Assembly (NCBI RefSeq): GCF_032191835.1
Contig: NC_083233.1
Location: 10,850,001 to 10,914,000 of the forward strand
Reading direction: 5' to 3'
DNA from: Heteronotia binoei
Lineage: Eukaryota
DNA: 64,000 nt
Made by a program: the position numbers and the translations under genes. Each line of letters opens with the position of its first letter. The first letter of the stretch is position 1. A model generated the notes under the pieces. The model saw nothing but the letters and a program-made list of their open reading frames with translations. It was not told the origin of the DNA and made no database searches. Below are positions 60,250 to 64,000 of the stretch, one piece after another.

Positions 60250-61329
60250 CTAGGTAACCAAAGGTAAAGAACAGTTATAAAATAAGATTCAGCTCATCTT
60301 TCACTCTTTGCTGCTGATCACTTAGCATGGGGGGAAATGGGCGACATGAGAACCAATTGGCCACGAAGCTGTGTGGAAGCTCCAACATGATCTGCTGCAG
60401 TCAGTACCAGAAGGCCAATGCAAAAGGCATCTCTCAGCCTAACTGTCTACAGGGGTTCTGGTGATGATAAAATCTGGCAGATACCTTATGGTACCACTGC
60501 CAATCCTCTGAGGAGGAAGTGCAAGAAGACCGAACAGACGCAACAGGGCCTTGTCTGTGCTCCTATTTCCATCAAATAAAGTATCCTAGGAGCAGAGGGA
60601 GTCAACATAAGAGTGGGAAAAGGGCTGGCAAAACCATCAAATGAGAATGCTTAATGCTGGGCTCACTGAGCAGCTCCCAAAAATCTAAAATTATCATTCA
60701 CAAGGCCCTAAAACACACCTTGTCTGCAGTACTGACATGATATTCTGTTCTATTTTCACGGAGAACAAGTGCAGGCAGCTAAGTAAAAAAAAGTCCACTG
60801 CAATTTCAAACTGAGTCTCAAGGATCACCCACAGCAAACAAAATCCACCCCAAAATGGCACAAAACACTTCACAAGCCTTCGGTGCTTGAGCACAACAAA
60901 ACAGTGCTCCCATTTTTCCAGGAACTACTGTTTAAGGGCCAGAGTATTTTATATCACACAATGGTTGTTTTCCAACCAACAAATCTTCCCAGATATATGT
61001 TTGTTCTGCTAAAAGGCATCCCTCCACAACTGCTAGTCTTTCGTTCCCAAAGTGAGTGGTACCACCTCCCGGGGGGAGAACAGTTCGAAGACTTTAAAAA
61101 GAGGCTAAATGGTCATCTGACAACAATGCTGATTCTGTGAACTTAGGCAGATCATGGGACAGAGGGCAGGAAGAGTTGCATCAGTACTTAGTTCTCATGG
61201 CCCTTTCTTACACACCCAGGGAAATGCTGATCGACACTCTGTGGTCAAGCAGCAATTTTTCCCTTGTCCATCTTCAGGTCTGATTCTGGATCAGTCCAGA
61301 CAGTTCTCTCGAGAAGAGGCTGACAAGGA

Positions 61330-62460
61330 TCCCGCCAGCTGTGAAGCCCACCACTTGCCTCCTTGATCCATGCCCCTCCTGGTTGGTCAGGGCCTCCCAG
61401 AAGAGTGTTCTGACCACCCTGGGAGATATCATTCATCTGTCCCTATCATCAGGGACCTCGTTGGCTGGTTTAAAGAAGGCAGTGGTGCATTCACTCTTGA
61501 AGAAGCAATCATTGAACTCTATGGTCCTTGCTAACTAATGGTAGGTTTTGAACCTACCATTTCTGGGCAAGACGGCTGAGAGAGCAGTGGTGGATCAACT
61601 CCAGGTTTTCTGGGATAATGCTACTATCCTGGATCCATTCCAGTCTGGTCACCCACATGGTAACCTCAGGAGACATCTGGATCAAGGCAAGTCATGTGCC
61701 GCTGTAGCTTTTGGATGTAACAGCAGCGTTTAATAGGTCAATTATGATCTTTCGACCCACCGCCTTGCTGACGTTGGGGTCCAGGGGTCTGCCTTGAAAT
61801 TGGCGCTCCTCCTTCCTATATGGACAGTGACAGAGGGTGGCACGTGGGAAGGAAGATTCCCAGCGACAACCATTTGAACGTGGTGTGTCACAGGGGACAA
61901 TCCCCTCCCGGATGTTTAACATCTACATGCTCTCCCTTGCCCAATTGGTCTGGGAGTATGGACTGGGTTGTCATCAACTGATACAACAACGTATCAGTAT
62001 GCTGATGACACCCAGCTCTATCTGCTGATGGATGGCCAGCCGGCCTCTGCCCCAGAGACATTAACCAGGGCATCACAAGTTGTGGCAGGATGGCTTAAAC
62101 AGAGCTTCCAATGAAGATGAAAATCCTGTACCTGGGCCACGGGGATCTGGGATTGGGAATCCAGCTCCTAACCCTTGACACCAAAGGTGAAGAGTCTTGG
62201 GGTTATTCTGGATTCCTCCCTCACTATGGAGGCCCAGTACGGTCACTAGGTCAGCCTTTTATCTTTGGCTGGTCAAGCAACTAGTTCCCTATCTCACTTC
62301 TGGGGACCTAGCTACAGTGACCCACGCAGTGGTCACTTCCAGACTGGATTACTGTAACTTGTTCTACATGGGGCTGCCCTTGAAGTTGACCCGGAAACTG
62401 CAGCTGGTGCAGAATGAGGTGGCATGGATGCTGATGGTAACCAACTGTACAGGCTCACAT
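61330..62460 (+). mobile_element. Degenerate L2 RT fragment
   Basis: PTTCLLDPCPSWLV, NLPFLGK, LDPFQSG, GVSQGTI, SRLDYCN motifs broken by stops and frameshifts. Confidence 0.85.
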
Positions 62461-62741
62461 TCGGCCAGTGCTCTGGCAAAGCGGCCATTCTCTCCACGGG
62501 AACTGATCTGTCACCTGGAGATCAGTTAAAATTTCAGGAGAGCTCCAGGTCCCACCTGGAGTTTGGCAACCCTAAGAAGCCTAAAGAGCAGAAGCAGCAC
62601 TAAGCTGCAGCAGACAAAATGTGAGAGATCTGCAGAATGTCTCAGAGACAGTAAAAGACCCCAATCACTTCTTTGGTGATTAGATTCGAGTTCTGCCTAT
62701 GCATTCGATTCCCTCTATTGAATTAAACCTTTCTTCTCTTT

Positions 62742-63008
62742 CCACGTGGCGCAGAGTGTTAAAGCTGCAGTCCTAAGCTCTGCCCACGACCTGAGTTCGA
62801 TCCCCAGCGGAAGCTAGGTTTTCAGGTGGCCAGCTAGAGGTTGACTCAGCCTTCCATCCTTCCGAGGTTAGTAAAATGAGTACCCAGCTTGCTGGGGGGA
62901 AAGTGTAGATGACTGGGGAAGGCAATGGCAAACCACCCCATAAAAATGTTGTGAAGGCAATGTCACCCCAGAGTCGGAAACAACTGGTGCTTGCACAGGG
63001 GACCTTTC
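62742..63008 (+). mobile_element. Sauria SINE
   Basis: tRNA-like head, ggttgactcagccttccatccttccgagg body, ggcaatggcaaaccacc and BovB-type tail. Confidence 0.85.
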
Positions 63009-64000
63009 TTGTCTCTTTGATTTGGTGTATGAGTCCAGTGGCATCTTTATGACCTCTGCGCTTACAGGTGATTAGAGGATCTGGGAGTTGTGTTTAATTT
63101 TTTCTTCTTTTTCGCATACCCTCCTGCTAGATGCACCATCCCCATGCATTAACCAATCCAGGTCCCGCAACTGGGCTTGGTGGGAAAAACTGGGGTTACA
63201 TAAGGAGGTAAAATTTCTTAGTAACTGTTCTCAAAGGGGGGGAGGGATTCTTAAGGGGAAAATAGGGTGTAGAAAGCAAAATTTGGGTAATACAGAGAAA
63301 ATTTAAGGTATAGATAATACAAATTTGGGTAATAAGAAGAAAAATTACTGAAATATGTATAGATACGGGAGGAAATTTGGATATATAACAAATATTTATA
63401 AAGAAAATATAACACATTGTCTTTATTCAGAACTGGAGTAATAAAATGAAAGAAAACAGAATTAAAAGGAGGCATTTCTTTAAGAAGACACTATAGCCCT
63501 CATACCAGTTAAAATTTTACCTAATTACTTTGTGACAAAATGTCTTCCTTGCCGGAACTCTTTTAAGAAGGGGCTGGTTTTATTCTCTGAAAGGAAGTGA
63601 GCTCACAAGGGCAGAAGACGGCTCTCTCTTCTCCCCCTCCCCTTCTTAACCACAGAGGATGAAGTTATTTGCCAGAGAGGCAGGATGAAGACAGGAAGTT
63701 CTAGATATGCTTTGGAGCTTTTCTTCCCAGAGTGCTCTAGGATAAAGGTGACCAGTTCCTGGGTGGGAAGGAGAGTTGGACGGCATCCCCCATTGAGAAA
63801 GAAAGGTGGAGAGCAGACCTTCGGCAGGTCTGGGCTGCAAAGCGGCCATTTTGGGAGACCAAGGGCAGCCTGTTGGGAAGCTGCAGACCACTCTGGTGAT
63901 ATGAAGGGTTACAAGCCAAGCTGGCAACTTTATAAAATTTATTGCACCTCCTCTGCTCACAACGTCTAGCAGAGTCTGTATTAGAGGAGGGAAAGGACAA

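Noticed and set aside
60250-64000. The next upstream ALG13 exon (ESAGQLE-like)
   Set aside because: Not found on manual scan; presumably beyond the right edge.
63010-64000. Possible LTR-like sequence (ggggttaca end, poly(A)-signal-like motifs)
   Set aside because: No paired terminus or TSD visible within the window, so it cannot be supported as a feature.

Overview
Vertebrate genomic DNA, most likely a squamate and probably a gecko, inferred from the repeat content (Sauria SINE, 5S-derived SINEs, a Ther1/MIR-like CORE-SINE resembling Squam3, CR1, L2, hAT MITEs). Most of the window (1696-60249) lies inside one minus-strand gene, the long OTU-Tudor isoform of ALG13. I traced 18 internal coding exons by hand (60249 down to 1696). 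All have GT donors and AG acceptors and phases that chain into one frame, running from the end of the OTU domain (...SNGHYDSVY) through the Tudor domain to ...KIVQYYFNLGLQ. The start and stop of the gene lie outside the window. The introns are dense in transposable elements, including a nested L2 < Ty3/Gypsy < SINE stack, a solo LTR with 5-bp TSDs, hAT MITEs with 8-bp TSDs, Penelope-type hammerhead-ribozyme motifs and a U1 snRNA pseudogene. A 184-base N gap lies at 34155-34338. I found no new protein-coding system. The best leads are at the RNA level: an inverted SINE pair tightly bracketing an in-frame 3-exon block (circRNA geometry), an antisense U1 copy forming a possible 15-nt microexon, a SINE strand bias that may reflect a cryptic microexon on its antisense strand, an apparently lost acceptor (AG to AA), and a C/D-box snoRNA candidate. 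Comparisons to human ALG13 and to repeat families are from memory, not from a database search.
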